A DNA stretch of 64,000 nucleotides from the human T2T-CHM13v2.0 reference genome, Homo sapiens. Shown piece after piece: positions 24,901 to 39,010 of the stretch (the stretch's first letter is position 1; the number at the start of each line of letters is the position of its first letter). Below the pieces are notes generated by a model. It was not told the DNA's origin and made no database searches. It saw nothing but the letters and a program-made list of their open reading frames with translations. The position numbers and the translations under genes are program-made. Location of the stretch: the NCBI RefSeq assembly GCF_009914755.1, contig NC_060942.1. One strand, 5' to 3'.

Positions 24901-27900
24901 TTTGTTTGCTGTCAGAACAACAGAGCAAATTTTGTGGACAAGCAATGACTATTCAGCCTGAACCTGTGCATTCAGAAAACATAAGCTGAGACCCTGCTTC
25001 ACCAGCCTGGATTTCGGGGCTTCTATACAGAAACTGGAAAAATAAATTTTAAAAAAATCGTAAACAAAAAGAGAGAAACCCTTACACTAGCTGCTTCCAA
25101 GAATGAACTCTGTGTGTATGTAAAGCAACAAAACAAAAAAGGAAAAAAACAAAAAGCAGAAAAAAGAAAAAAAAAATGAAAAACTTTCTATTTCTAGTGA
25201 GAACCAAAGAAGGCTACCTCACTGACTTTTTCCATTTGTAATTTTAATCGTGTTGATGACACCAAAGATACCAAAGATTTCTTTCTCTGTGCGGTCTGCA
25301 TTTTGCTTGTGCTCTTTTATAATTTGAACGATTTTCTCTGACATATGGTATGTACAGCCACAGCTCAGATACCCCAAAGAAATAATTATCTATGCGACGG
25401 CGGCTGCTAATTTGGAAAGGGATATTTTCTGTGTTTCTCTTATATGTTTGCTGTCTGCTCGACATGTTCAAGATGCGAGTTCAGATGCTGCTGTAATTGG
25501 ATTCCTTAAATTCTGATTACAAATTGAGGAAGGAAACTGGTTGGAAATGGCCTTCAGTCCTAGCCATGGCCTCTATCCCCGCTGGGACCTATCACAGTAA
25601 AGACTGCCAATTACTGAACCACAGAAGCTCTGACCATTGAGTAGTTGAGCTGGAAGAGACCTTAGGAATCATTTAGTCCAAGCCCCGGTGGCCCAGAGGA
25701 ATGAAATAGTTATCCAAATCAAATAACTCTTGAGAGTGAAAGCCCACACATGCCTCCTGGTTCCTGCCCCAGTGCTCCGCTTATTGTACAGTGCTACCTC
25801 TGCATGAGAGCGGTCCCACATTGACAAATAGGATGGTGGCAATCCTTTAGCAATGAGCAGGGACTGGGGTTTATCTCTTAACATTTTCAGCTGTAAAATT
25901 AGTCACAAGCATTTTCAGTGTCCCATTAGTACATAGTCACATATGGTCGGTTGCTTCGTGAAGGTGGCCTGTCTTGAAATACTAGGGCTCATACGGGATT
26001 TTTGCCCTAGGAAAAACATGTTGATCCCAATGATGTGATCACTTTTGAACCTTTCCATTACAAAGCATTGTATAGATAACTTTTTAATTCAGTAGGAGGA
26101 GAAAGTTCATTCTTGGCCTGTTGGCTTTGATTATTATGGGTACTTTAAAGTCAGTATTTATCAAGAAAGGGAACTTGACCACCATTGGCACATGTGACAT
26201 TTAAGCTCTTCAGCCTTTTCCTTTTTAGTTGTAGGTGTTTACATTTCATTTCTAAGCCAACTCTGTATTTATGAGAGAAGTTTAAGCCTTACATCATTTG
26301 ATACTAAAGGGTTATTTGTGGTAAATGAAAAATGACCCCAAAATTACAGAGGAACATGCCAGTTTAAGAAATGGCTACTTAAAGTTGCTTCTCTCTTTCC
26401 TTCTTACTCATGAAATTAATCGGTCTTTTTCAAGTTTCTTTAGATTCCATTAAATGATTAAATCACTATTAAGAGCCATTCATCAACGTGATTTGTGTGT
26501 TAGCCAATGAATCTGTCTCAGCTTTTGACCAAATGGGTTTTAGACAAATGCAAAGATCTGCCTCTAGTCCATATGGCTCTTTTTGAGTGCTAGTATTTTG
26601 CATTTCACATAATGTAGTTATTTTGAGCTTTTAAAGAGAGCATTTAGACAAAGAAGCAAAGAGAGGAAGGGACCAATCAACTCATCAGTTCCATGCATCA
26701 ACAAAGCATAGCTAGTAGAGGAATATAAATGACAGATTGACAAACTGTAGGAAACACTGTTACTCTCTTTCTGAAGTTTTCAAGCACCATCCTATGTGAA
26801 AGTTCCCTCCTGTCCAAACAAGCTCAAGGCCCATCTTCTCCCTATACAAGGCAAACCTGTAAGGCCTTCCTTCCAAAGAGTACATTGCTTTGGTTTTCTT
26901 CCTAAATTCCTATTGGAATTAGAACTCTCAGAATCCCTGGGAGACAGAGCAAAGATGACTTAATTCATTGAGCAGCAGAGCTCCCTATAAGCGAACATCA
27001 CCTTCCGCATCTTTCCTACTACCACACCCATACGAGAGAGGATCTAGAAAGAGCGATGGCAGCCTGAACACAGAAAACATCCCCACTTGGCAGACCTCTC
27101 CTCAGCAATCCCCCCAGCCTCATGCTTCACTTGCAAAGTGTGACATAACCACGGGACGAGTGCCTTGCTTGAACCAAAGCAACGATTTAGCCAGTCTGGA
27201 CCTCTCTGTGCTTTTTTTAATTCTTCCTGTGAATACCTCAGCTTCAACTGGGCCTCCATACAGTCAGTTGGTGGGCTTATTGTACTGTGGTGCTTTGCAA
27301 TGCAACCCTGCAAAGAACAAGATTTGTACTAATACCAAAGGTTCTTTCTCTATGTCTCCTCCTCTGCCTCCCTCGTTCTTCCCTTTTTTCTAGTTCTTCA
27401 CGGTTCCAAAGCTTTACTATGAACCTGGGCATGTTGGCAATGCAGACCGCGCAATTCCTTACCGAATTTTCTCAGATATACCTCATAGACAATAGTGTTT
27501 AGAGTAATGTTATTATAGCGTATGTAATAAATTATTCACTGTTTCTTTTGGTAACTGTGATTTAAAAAAAGAAAAAAGAAAAAAAAGCTTTATACGTTTT
27601 AGGTTGTGCTTTTGTAATAGATGAAAAAAGGTGCGCTTAAAAAGAAAATGTATGTTTTTTTCCCCCTTTGGATTTTATTTATGCTGGATTGGGGAAAGTT
27701 GCAGAATGAGCCCAAAGTTTACAGTTTCATATTTTGCTGAAGAAACAATCTGTGTTCATTTGCTCTGTTGAAAAGAATAATTATTTTCTACATTTGTGCC
27801 ACTTGGTCTGAACAATTAATTGTTCCGTGTTAACAGTGTAGTATTATGATTAGCAACTGCCAATCAGTGCTATAATTTTATGCATGAGGCTAAAAATTTA

Positions 27901-30900
27901 GCAGTGTGATGCATTGTGGTCTTAATAGCAACATTTTTCATTTTGAACTAGATCTTCCCCTTTGGTTCAATGGACTTTATTTATGCATGGGCGCCTATTG
28001 TTTGTTAGCAGTTGTGGAACAGTTGTGTATACATTAAACTGTGAAAATGTACACAGTTCAGCCTCAGACGGTGGTAATATTGGTTTTATTGGGAGATGTG
28101 TCACCTCGAAAATACCCTTTACATCTGTTGGGATCTGAAAATGAGTCACATTGAATTGGGTTCCAGCTTTATAATGAGAAACGTTATTCCTAATTTTTGA
28201 GTTAGCCAATTTGCATTCCACAAATTGGGATCCTCATAACCCAAATATATCACCATATGTGAGAGGGATTTGAAAGCGAGTATTGAAAAACTCACCTTTG
28301 CATATTTAATTTCCACCAAAAGGAGTTATTTTGGCTTTATGCTCATGAACTTAGACCTAACTGGCCATGTATATGTAGATGCAAATTCATCTAGCTGTGG
28401 CCCTCTTTGATCTCTGCTTGGGAATGGCTATTTTTGACTATGCGTGGTTTCTTCTCGTATTTTGTGATCAGGTCAGCTCCCAGTAGAAACTCAAATGGCA
28501 TCAATATTACTAACTCTTCTCTGCCCACTTCTCTTTTGTCCACTCTCCTAGACATTCCCACCAACTGTTCCAGTGATTTGGGCAAAAATACGCAGCCATT
28601 TCCCAAAACTTCACATGTGCAGCTATCATGGCTGTCCCTCCCTAGACTTGGAGGTGACTCTCACTTAATTTTTACCTGCCCAACAATGTTCCATCTACCA
28701 TCTAAAAGGTAATATAAGAAGAAGTTTTGAAACCCACTTTAGGAAAACCATCTTCTTTAAATCCTTCAATTATCTGAGGCCTCTATATGTCAAAACTATT
28801 TTTCAGTTGCAGGGGATTGGGCAAACTTGTTCTTTCTTATACTTGGGTTCAAAGACCCATTCTCCAGTTTCATATTTCCCAAACCAAAATGCTTGACATA
28901 AAGCCAAATCAACTGCCAAGCACACTTTATTTTGCATAGGAGTATGCAGCCTAGGGAACCTTGGTTGAAAAGCAGCAGTCTGCTATGCAAAATATTGGAA
29001 ATCACTGACAGTGTAGCATTCATATTATCTGTCAATGAGGGTATATTGGGAACGTGCTCTCGTGAATAATAAAAAGCAACATATTTTTATTTGGCCTTAT
29101 AAATTAGGTTGTGGTAATGTAAACTTTGATATATAGTCTTTTTATTTTTCTCTTATTAATCTGCCAAAGATGGGAACAGATACAAGAATTTTTCAAATTG
29201 GCTTTTGTAAGACAGTTGATGATTGTAATAGTGTTTAATCTTCCAGAAAGCTTTATATGTTGTTCCACAATAAAATTGATATTTGTTTCAGCAAAGTTTT
29301 CCTGACACTCACAAACCCACAAACTGTTCCTCTTAATGCAGATATTGTAGAATCTACAAAGTTCAAATCCATTTTTGATCCAAAGAAAGTAGAGGAGTAT
29401 TTGAGACATGAGTGTACCCAGCCCTTTTTTTAATCAGAGGCAATGCATGGGTCTGGCTGGTTACACTTTGCCAAGAAGACTTGTCTTATGAAACCCAAGG
29501 TATATTTTGTTATGCCATTTTATGTCCTTTTCTTTTAACATTGTGGAAAGTGGTATGTTGAATCAAGTGTAAGCTGAGTTTTCCAGACAACTGAAATAGC
29601 TACATCATGAATGTTATTTTGTTATTAAAGGGTTTTTACTCAGTGCTTTGTGCCAATGGATGTCCTTTTCCTTGGAGACACATAACTACAAAATTACCTC
29701 AGCTTGGCCTGGTTTTCTCTCCTGCCCTCTTGGGGAAACATGGGCCTGGCCTGGGAAAAGGCAGGTCATGGGCTGGAAGGTAGGTTTTGGTACTAGGAAG
29801 AAATCTCTGTATCTGTCAGCTTTAAAGAGAACTGGGCCAAAAATCTCTAACCTCACTCTCTCTGGACTCCAACACTTCCCTGCAATCCTTTGGTCTTGAG
29901 CATGTGCCAGCATGAAGGCAGACTCCAGTTCATACATGAAAGGCAAGAAAAAGAAAATAGTAACCTTGAATCTTCTGTGGGCCACCAGGCACTCACCTTT
30001 CCCCACCTTGCACACTATCCAGTCAAGGCTGTTGCAGCCCATCTGGTGGCTTTACATGGGACATTACCAAAGGCTTCTTCCTCCATCCTGGGGTTGCAAA
30101 GGATCCAGGTCCCCTCCATCCAGTGGGGCTCTTCCACATCAGAAGTCCCCCTCCCACCATCCTCTGCATCCTGTTTAGCTATCCCATCTATACCTTTTGG
30201 AGATGATTATTTAGAAAACAAAGAAAGGTATGGAATGGGGTTTCCTATTGTTTGCTAGGTTATATTTTAGCAATTCTCAATTCTTTGATCTGGAAAAATA
30301 CAAGAGGGAAAAGGAGACCCCACTATCTCCCTGTGCTTTGCTCCCATCTCAGGGGGCAGGGGCAGTGCACATTGCCTATGCTGTTGATCTGTCTTGGGCG
30401 ACAGGCTGAATCACAGCTATTGCCCCAGCCAAAAACATGGCCCATCAATGCCTACTTTATCTCTGCTTGAAAATCCTATTCAAAAAGTTGTAGAGTTTGA
30501 GGTTTTTATCCCCCCATATCCTTTGCTTTGGTCCAGTTTGGCCTTTAGCATAAGAGTCAGCTTTATCTCTAGGAAAGTTTTTTCAGATTATGACAAGGAA
30601 CCTGCCACCTGGGAAGAAAAGAGTCCGAAGACTATCTAGCAATCGGATAGGTAGTCATACCATTAACAGATACTTCCTTGAAGGTAGAATATTATTTCCT
30701 TTCTTTACAGTTTTGTGTTACACAAGTCCAAGTGGTGCCAGCAAACTTCTTACCGTGAAATGTTGTAAAACACCTGGCATACTGAAATTTCTGAAACAAA
30801 AACACAAGCTCCACATTGATAACTTGATAAATAACCACTAAAGTTTAGATGCAGGGACTGAGATGATACAGGCAAAATCTTGGTGTTGGTTTCTCTTTTA

Positions 30901-31209
30901 ATTCGTATCTTCGATCACCTAACCTTTCTCAATCCAAGAGCAGTTCAGTCTTTTCTCCCCAAGTCTAGGATGCCAAAGAGCATCATAGGAAAAGATAATT
31001 AGGGATTGACCAGCATTTCAATTAGTTCTCTTCTTCATCTTTGCATTTCTCAAAAGTGTTCTCCTGGACCAGAGAGAAAGAGCTGGTCCATTTTTTTTCA
31101 TTCTTTCTATTCAAATTTTTCCACCCAGACAATACTTTATTAACACAGATACTGTAGATCCTTCCTTGGTCAGTGAATTATTACAAGAGGAGCTATCCTT
31201 CCACCAAAG
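18953..31209 (+). promoter_or_regulatory. Array of miR-9-5p seed matches in the 3' UTR
   Basis: ACCAAAGA 8mers at 18953, 18976, 19351, 19713, 20130, 25203, 25261, 25270; 7mer-m8 at 20824, 22617, 27173, 27334, 30066, 31203; 7mer-A1 at 24053, 25374, 26873, 29164, 29380, 30973 (manual scan). ONECUT2 is an established miR-9 target. Confidence 0.85.
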
Positions 31210-32237
31210 TGAGTGAAAACAAGTTCCAGTATCTTTTCTTCCATCCAGTTTTGTTCTCAGAATCCAAGTCAGTCCTGGGTCTTTTCTCACTTTAGACCCT
31301 GGCCTCAGATGTGTTTATTCTTGCTATTTAAAAATACCTTTAAATTTCACATGCTGGCCTGCAGAACTTGCATCCTTTGTTCTATACTGTTGACTGCTTG
31401 ATGGTATTGAAAGGTGACTATAATGAGGGAAGAAAGGAGGAGGTAAAGAGAGAAGAATTTGTCCCAGATCTGTTTAAAGTTTCAAAATTTAAAAAGGGAC
31501 CCATTAAATTATGGGAAAATGGCTATAGAGTGTGAGCCTCCTTTGACCATATGCTCAAAGACCGTACTCTGCCACCTGCCTTCCAGGTAGCTATTCTAGA
31601 AACTCAGTCCTTTGTGGAAACCCAACTACCTTTTAAAAGTCTCTTTCCAGATTCCAAAAGGACAAGAGATCAGAGAGTCACATATACGCCTCTTGTTTTA
31701 TTTTCTTGCTTTCACCGGGATTATTGCCAAGAAAATCGTAGGGAAAAACTTTAAACTTTTCTTTTCAGTTGATCCCTTTGACATCACCTCTCATGTTTAA
31801 AATCAGGAAAACACACCCCTAAAATTTGCACTCTCTTCCGTTTTGAAAAAGAAAACCCACACACAAATGCACACTATTACCGTCTTTCACCCTGCGCTAT
31901 ATTTCCAAAGTGTATTATAATCCAGATATTGCCCCATCTCAAACATGTTAAGTCAGACTGTGCTGAAAGACTTTCCAGGGACGGTCAACAGGGTATATGT
32001 TCAGTGGCTGCCCTGAAATCCTGGTGGGGATGAGGATCACGCTTCATCATCAAGGGGATGCCCATCCCCTGATAAGCTCCCAGTCCTTTTGGAAGATTTC
32101 TTTGAATGTTAATTGCATTTTCAGTTTTGCTCATTTCCCACCCCAATGTTTTGTCTGCAACATCGCTTACACTGGATTCTTTCTATTTTTATTCCTATCA
32201 TTAAATGGTAGTGCTGTAAATTCTGCAATTAATGTTA

Positions 32238-32290
32238 AATAAACTGCTTTAATTCATTGACCATGGCTCAGTTGCCTTCTTTTTCTTTTC
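32238..32290 (+). terminator. Distal polyadenylation signal and downstream U-rich element
   Basis: AATAAA 32238-32243, upstream TGTA at 32215, U-rich GCCTTCTTTTTCTTTTC ~32274-32290; repeats resume from ~32620. Confidence 0.8.
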
Positions 32291-32870
32291 ATGGAAGGAA
32301 TTAAGCACTCTTCCCCCTACAGCACCCCATTGTGGTTTCATAAAAAAACAGTAAATTTGTTCTTAGTGAGACTACAATTTCTATCTCTGACAGTATGCAA
32401 GACACATCTTATAATCAACAAACCTGTTATCCTTGTTATAAATCACAAAAGATGAGAGATGCTCCATAAAAACTACCTTTTTTCTTAACCTGTTAACACT
32501 TTAGAGATAGCCTGTCCTAGACTTATCTTTGCACAGATTTTGTATGAGGTCACATATGGTGAGTCAAAAGAAGGATCATGTTATTGTCACCCTATGGAAG
32601 AATCAAGAAAAATAGACCAAAAAAAATAAGGCCTCATATGAAATCTAAACCCTGCAACAAATTAGTTGTATGGCTTTGAGCAAGTCATTTAAATCATCTG
32701 GGCTTCAGTTTCTCCACCTGTACAAGGTCAAGGTTAAACCTGGTTTTATCAAAAGTCCCTTCCATCTTTGCATTTGCCCCAGATTTTTGAAAATACTAAC
32801 ATTTTTATACAGATTTTATCTTGGCTTATTATTTTCTCTAAGTTAATGAGCTAATGAGTTTGTTTATTCG

Positions 32871-33185
32871 TTTTATTTTATTTTATTATTTTATTTTATT
32901 TTCTGAGATGGAGTCTCACTCTGTCACCCAGGCTGGAGTGCAGTGGCACAATGGCTCACTACAACCTCTGCCTCCTGGGTTCAAGCAATCCTCCCACCAC
33001 CTCCGTCTCCAAGTAGCTAGAATTACAGGCATGCACCCAGCTTAATTTTTTTTTTTTTTAATTTTAGTACAAACGGAGTTTCACCATGTTGGCCAGGCTG
33101 GTCTCTAACTCCTGACCTCAAGTGATCTGCCCACCTCGGCCTCCTAAAGTGCTGGGATTACAGGCATGAGCCACCTCACCCAGCC
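32871..33185 (-). mobile_element. Alu (AluSx-like)
   Basis: (TTTTA)n tail plus dimeric Alu; first Alu past the poly(A) site. Confidence 0.94.
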
Positions 33186-33212
33186 CATCTATTCATTTTA
33201 AATTTAGATATC

Positions 33213-33506
33213 TGAGATTGGAGACTATTATTCTAAGTGATGTACCTCAGGAATGGAAAACCAAATATCGCATGTTCTCACTGATAGGTGGGAGCTAAGC
33301 TACGAGGATGCAAAGGCATAAGAATGATACAATAGACTTTGGGGACTTGGGGGGAAGAGTGGGAGGGGGGCAAGGGATAAAAGACTACGAATATGGTGCA
33401 GTGTATGCTCCTCAGGTGATGGGTGCACCAAAATCTCCCAAATCACCACTAAAGAACTTACTCATGTAACCAAATACCACCTGTACCCCAATAACTTATG
33501 GGAAAA
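33213..33506 (+). mobile_element. 5'-truncated L1PB-like 3' end
   Basis: ATGTTCTCACTGATAGGTGGGAGCTAAGC...CAAATCACCACTAAAGAACTTACTCATGTAACC; TSD AAATTTAGATATC at 33200-33212 and 33507-33519. Confidence 0.88.
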
Positions 33507-33607
33507 AAATTTAGATATCCACAAGCTTCAAAGGAGTCCCATTGGGTTAACCCTTGGTCTAACTCACCTATAGCCCAGGCCATGAAGCACTGATTGCCTT
33601 CATCTAG

Positions 33608-34290
33608 ACTGGTGGTTTTCAACCCTGGGTGCACATGAGAATCACCCAGAGAGCTTTTAAAATATACTGTACCTAAAGTCCATCCCAGACCAATTCATCC
33701 AATTCCACAAGTGTGGGCCTCGAACATTGGTGTAGCCATTAGCTTTTGCTAGAGTTAGTTTGTTAGTGGGAACAAACCACCCTAAAACATAGTGGCTTAA
33801 AAAGCAACTATTTTTAACTCATAATTCTGTTGGTTGTCAATTTGGGTTGGTCTCAGCTGGTTAGTTCTTCTGATTGGGCTGGGCTCACTCATGCATCTGT
33901 AGTCAGCTCCCCAGTTGGCTGGGGGCTGGCCAGTCTAGGATGGCCTTAGTTTAATCAACTGAGCTCTGCTCTCCTTTATCATCCAGCAGACTGGCCTGGG
34001 TAGGGTTCCAAGAGATCAGGTGAATCACACAAGGCCCCTTAAGACCAAAGCATGGAACTGGTATGATCACTTCTGCTGCATCCTCCTCACTGAAGGACAC
34101 CATAGGTCCAGCCTCACAGGGGTAGGAGTGAAAAGAGATTCCACTTGTTGATGGGAAAAGCTGAAAAAGCACATTACCAACTGAGAAGTGAAAGACAGAC
34201 TGTAGCCATTTTTTACAATCTACCACAATCTATATTTTTAAAAGCTCTCCCAGAGATTCTAATGTGCAGCCAAATTTGCAAAGCATTATT
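33608..34290. mobile_element. MER5-like MITE interrupted by an MLT1 LTR (~33731-34227)
   Basis: MER5 left part (GTGGTTTTCAACCCTGG..GAATCACC) and right part (GATTCTAATGTGCAGCCA) flank an MLT1H-like LTR ending GCCATTTTTTACAATCTACCACA. Confidence 0.65.
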
Positions 34291-36453
34291 TCAAAGCCTA
34301 GTGTTTTTCTATTTTTTTCTCACAATTCAACACTTATCTGTGTTAACTCCCTCAAATGCCTCTATCGTGTTGCTTGAACTCATTGTATGAAAAAACAATT
34401 CACAACCTTCAAACTTGTGGAGTAGGTATCATTACAGGCTGAATTTATACAGATGAAAAAGTCTTCCACAAACCAGAGGGATTTAGACACTGGTTTTATT
34501 GGCAGGTGAACTCGCAGCCTCAGCTGCTGGTGGCTGCAACCACTCACTAAGCCATCCCATGTCCAGGGCTGGTGGGAAGCCCTGGGAAGGCAGGAGCCAC
34601 ACATGGAGTTCTTTCTGTTGGAGGAATCTTGGGCTGTCTCAGGCACATGCTGAGAATATTACTGGGCCTAGGCACCGCCTTGGGGTCCGTCATGGAGATC
34701 TTGACTACAAAGCAGCATGGCCTCTGGTTCTAGGATGAAATCCCTGTTATCATAATGTGCTTTTGCACCATTCTTCCTCGAATGTCGTGTCCTTATTTAT
34801 TCGCAGACCTTTGGACAGAAAGGAGCATCTTAAGAGAACAGTTGCATAAATAGTCTCAGCTTATGCCAATGCTAAACTAGATAATCACCAAAACCTCTTC
34901 CACCTCTGCTATTTCCTGTTTCTAATGATCCATCACTCTTACTCAGAGAAGGAAACAGTAGCTAAACCTGGCAAATTTCAATGCTAAGAATCTCTGGTCT
35001 CAGTTTAGCCACATCAGGATAGCCAAACTAAGAGAAATGTAAAAGTCTAGGTGGGGCCTTTGAATGAGAGATTAGGCTCATTGAAGGAAAATACTTCCAC
35101 ACTTTGGGAGCTCATTGGCATGAGCCCATTTTTTTAGCCTCTGGTTAAGGGCATTTGATGGTGTGAAGTATCCTTTAGTCAAAATGCTTTAAGTTATTGG
35201 TAACTGCCCTTGCAAATCTATTCTCTCACTTTTGTCTTCTCCCTGGATTCTTCCCTCCTTAAGTGGGGCTAGAAGGGGGGAAATCACTTGCAAAAATAAA
35301 ATTAAAAGGAAGAATAAATCCATGTGGACCCATTAAGCATGAGGAAGCATTGCTCAGTCCACAGTGGCTCACTGAGCACAATTATTTCTAGAATTAATGA
35401 TGGTGGTTGCCAAACTTAGAGGCAGCCACTATGCTGTCACCTCCAGAATCCTCCTTCCTTGATCTGCACAACAATCATTTAGGGGACATAGGTAGGGCAG
35501 GGTGCAACAACCTCAGGACCAAGAGGCAGAATTAGCATTCAAACTCAGATGTCAGAGTTGACCCCGTGCAGCTGGTCACTCGGTGCTGCACCATGGAGAC
35601 CTGGAAGTTAGTAGGGCATGCTTCCTCGGGTTGCAGTGATAGAGCATATATTACCAAGTCATTCCTGCTATGGAGCCATATCAGCTGTATTCCAAATAAG
35701 TCACACAGACAAAAAAAAATGCCAGGAGTTCAGAAGAAATGGGGATCATGCCAAACGGGGCTAGTTCAAAAAGGGCTCTCTCATTTCATAAGATTTCCAA
35801 GTACTACAGTTTTATTACTAAATCTAATTGAGCATAACTCAATGCATGGCCAAGTGATCTCGGTTTGTGGGAGTAGATTACATTTCTGCCCCCAGGTAGC
35901 TGCTCCCAGGTAACTAACCTAACTACCCCAGGTAGTATTTTCCTCAGATTATCAATATGTAAATGTCTGGCTCATGCCTCCAGTAGTACTTCTAGCTCTG
36001 ATTTGAGAGAGAAACCAGCGGTTTGAGTCAGAAGATGTTAATTCATGTCCTAGGCCTACCTCTTACTGATATGTGGCTCTGGGAAAGTCATTTAAATTCC
36101 CATCTATAAATTGGGGATAAGAATATAAATTGTATCACTGTCCTGCCTGGTTCACAAAGTTGTGTGTATATATGAATATATCGCTATTAAAGACAACCAA
36201 CATTTTATAAAAGAGAAATCTGAGGCTCAGGGAGGTTAGGATACTTGGCTGAGGTAACACAGTAGTGGAGCCAGAATTTGAGCCCAGGATTGTCAGCTTC
36301 AAAGCCCACCTGAAAGTGTCAACTAACATGAATACCCCTAGTGACAGGAGAGAGCTGCATCATGGCACTGTAGCGAAGCATGCCACAGGACGTAAACTAT
36401 TTCTTAACAATTAGCTTTGACAATGGAAGTGCAACTAGTAGAAGAATTTATAA

Positions 36454-37797
<1,344 letters not shown>

Positions 37798-38809
37798 AAG
37801 AATTTATAAACTTGCTTGTTTTGCCCTGAAATGACTATTCATAAAAATTGCCGTGAGCTGACTAAGCCAATTTGGTTATGCACAACATTTAGGTTCTTGT
37901 GGTAGCTAATGGTAGCCACCCAAAGGTTTTGAGATGGGCAAGAGTCAACTACTTCCCCACAACTTCTTGCCAGATTTTAAAGAAAGTGAGTCTGAAACCA
38001 AATGTTGCCACATATAGGTATTTACTTAACATGTTTTATTTAGAAAATCAGGCACAGAACCACACATACCACTCACGGTGGGAGTTCTGTGAAGTGTGAG
38101 ATCTCTGTATTATTGGGAGTCCTAACCATACTCCAGATAGACCTAGGAACATTTTGGAGGCAGGCTTTCATTAGTCCTTGGGCAGCATCAGACGACAGGT
38201 AATATTCTAGACTGAGGACTGAACACAGGAACTTTTAGGGATCAAACCTCTCCTCTATTCCCTAAAGCAGGCTAAAGGTTTCACTGAAGTCTTATACTCT
38301 GTCCGTGCAAGAGAACAGAGTTAGGGCTTCCCCAACCCACCTATCTCAAATACCTTTAATTTTACCAGTCACCAGAATCCATTTATAACATTTTCCATGA
38401 TACAGTGATAGGCGACTGTCTTGTAGTAGACTGAGATGTGGATGGCTGAAGCACTGTTAGTGACCAGTCTGCAGTGAGAACACTCTGAAATAATGTTCAC
38501 CAACTCCCTGTTCTTGGTTAGGATGATTTACTGCCTCCATATTGAACCTTGAACAAACAGACACATGAGTAACACCAAGCTGTCTGTGCCAAAGTTTATT
38601 AAAATAAGTCACAGTCATTGCAACAAAGAAGAAACATAGTCCCATCCTGTTGAAGACCATATGTTAATTTCAATATAATGACACTTTATGTGTGCATTTA
38701 TTCATCTCATTTTTTCCTGCAGCCTATAGTGCAGGTATTATTATTATTATTCCCATTGAATAATTAAATGGTAAAAGTTTAAATCATCTTCCACTGCCTC
38801 ATGTAATAA

Positions 38810-39010
38810 TGACAGCTTACATGTGTAGATATTTACTCTGTGCTAGGTATTGTGCTAAACTTTTCACGATTTATCTCATCTTGTTCTATCTTGTGAGGCA
38901 AGTACTGTAATTATCCCCACAATACATATGAAGGAACTGCTCTTTAGAGAAATAAAGTAACTTGCTTCAGGTCACACACTAGACAGGCTGACTCCAAGCC
39001 TAAGCTATTA
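38810..39010 (-). mobile_element. MIR
   Basis: TACTCTGTGCTAGGTATTGTGCTAA...ATTATCCCCA...TAAAGTAACTTGC..AGGTCACAC. Confidence 0.7.

Larger units (their letters stand above)
17673..32260 (+). other. ONECUT2: ONECUT2 very long 3' UTR (~14.6 kb)
   Basis: Continuous unique, AU-rich sequence with no Alu/L1 from the stop to a canonical poly(A) signal; consistent with the known ~14-15 kb ONECUT2 3' UTR. Cleavage position approximate. Confidence 0.88.

Noticed and set aside
26968-30258. 141-aa and 122-aa ORFs inside the 3' UTR
   Set aside because: Non-ATG starts, no codon bias or recognisable domain; expected by chance.
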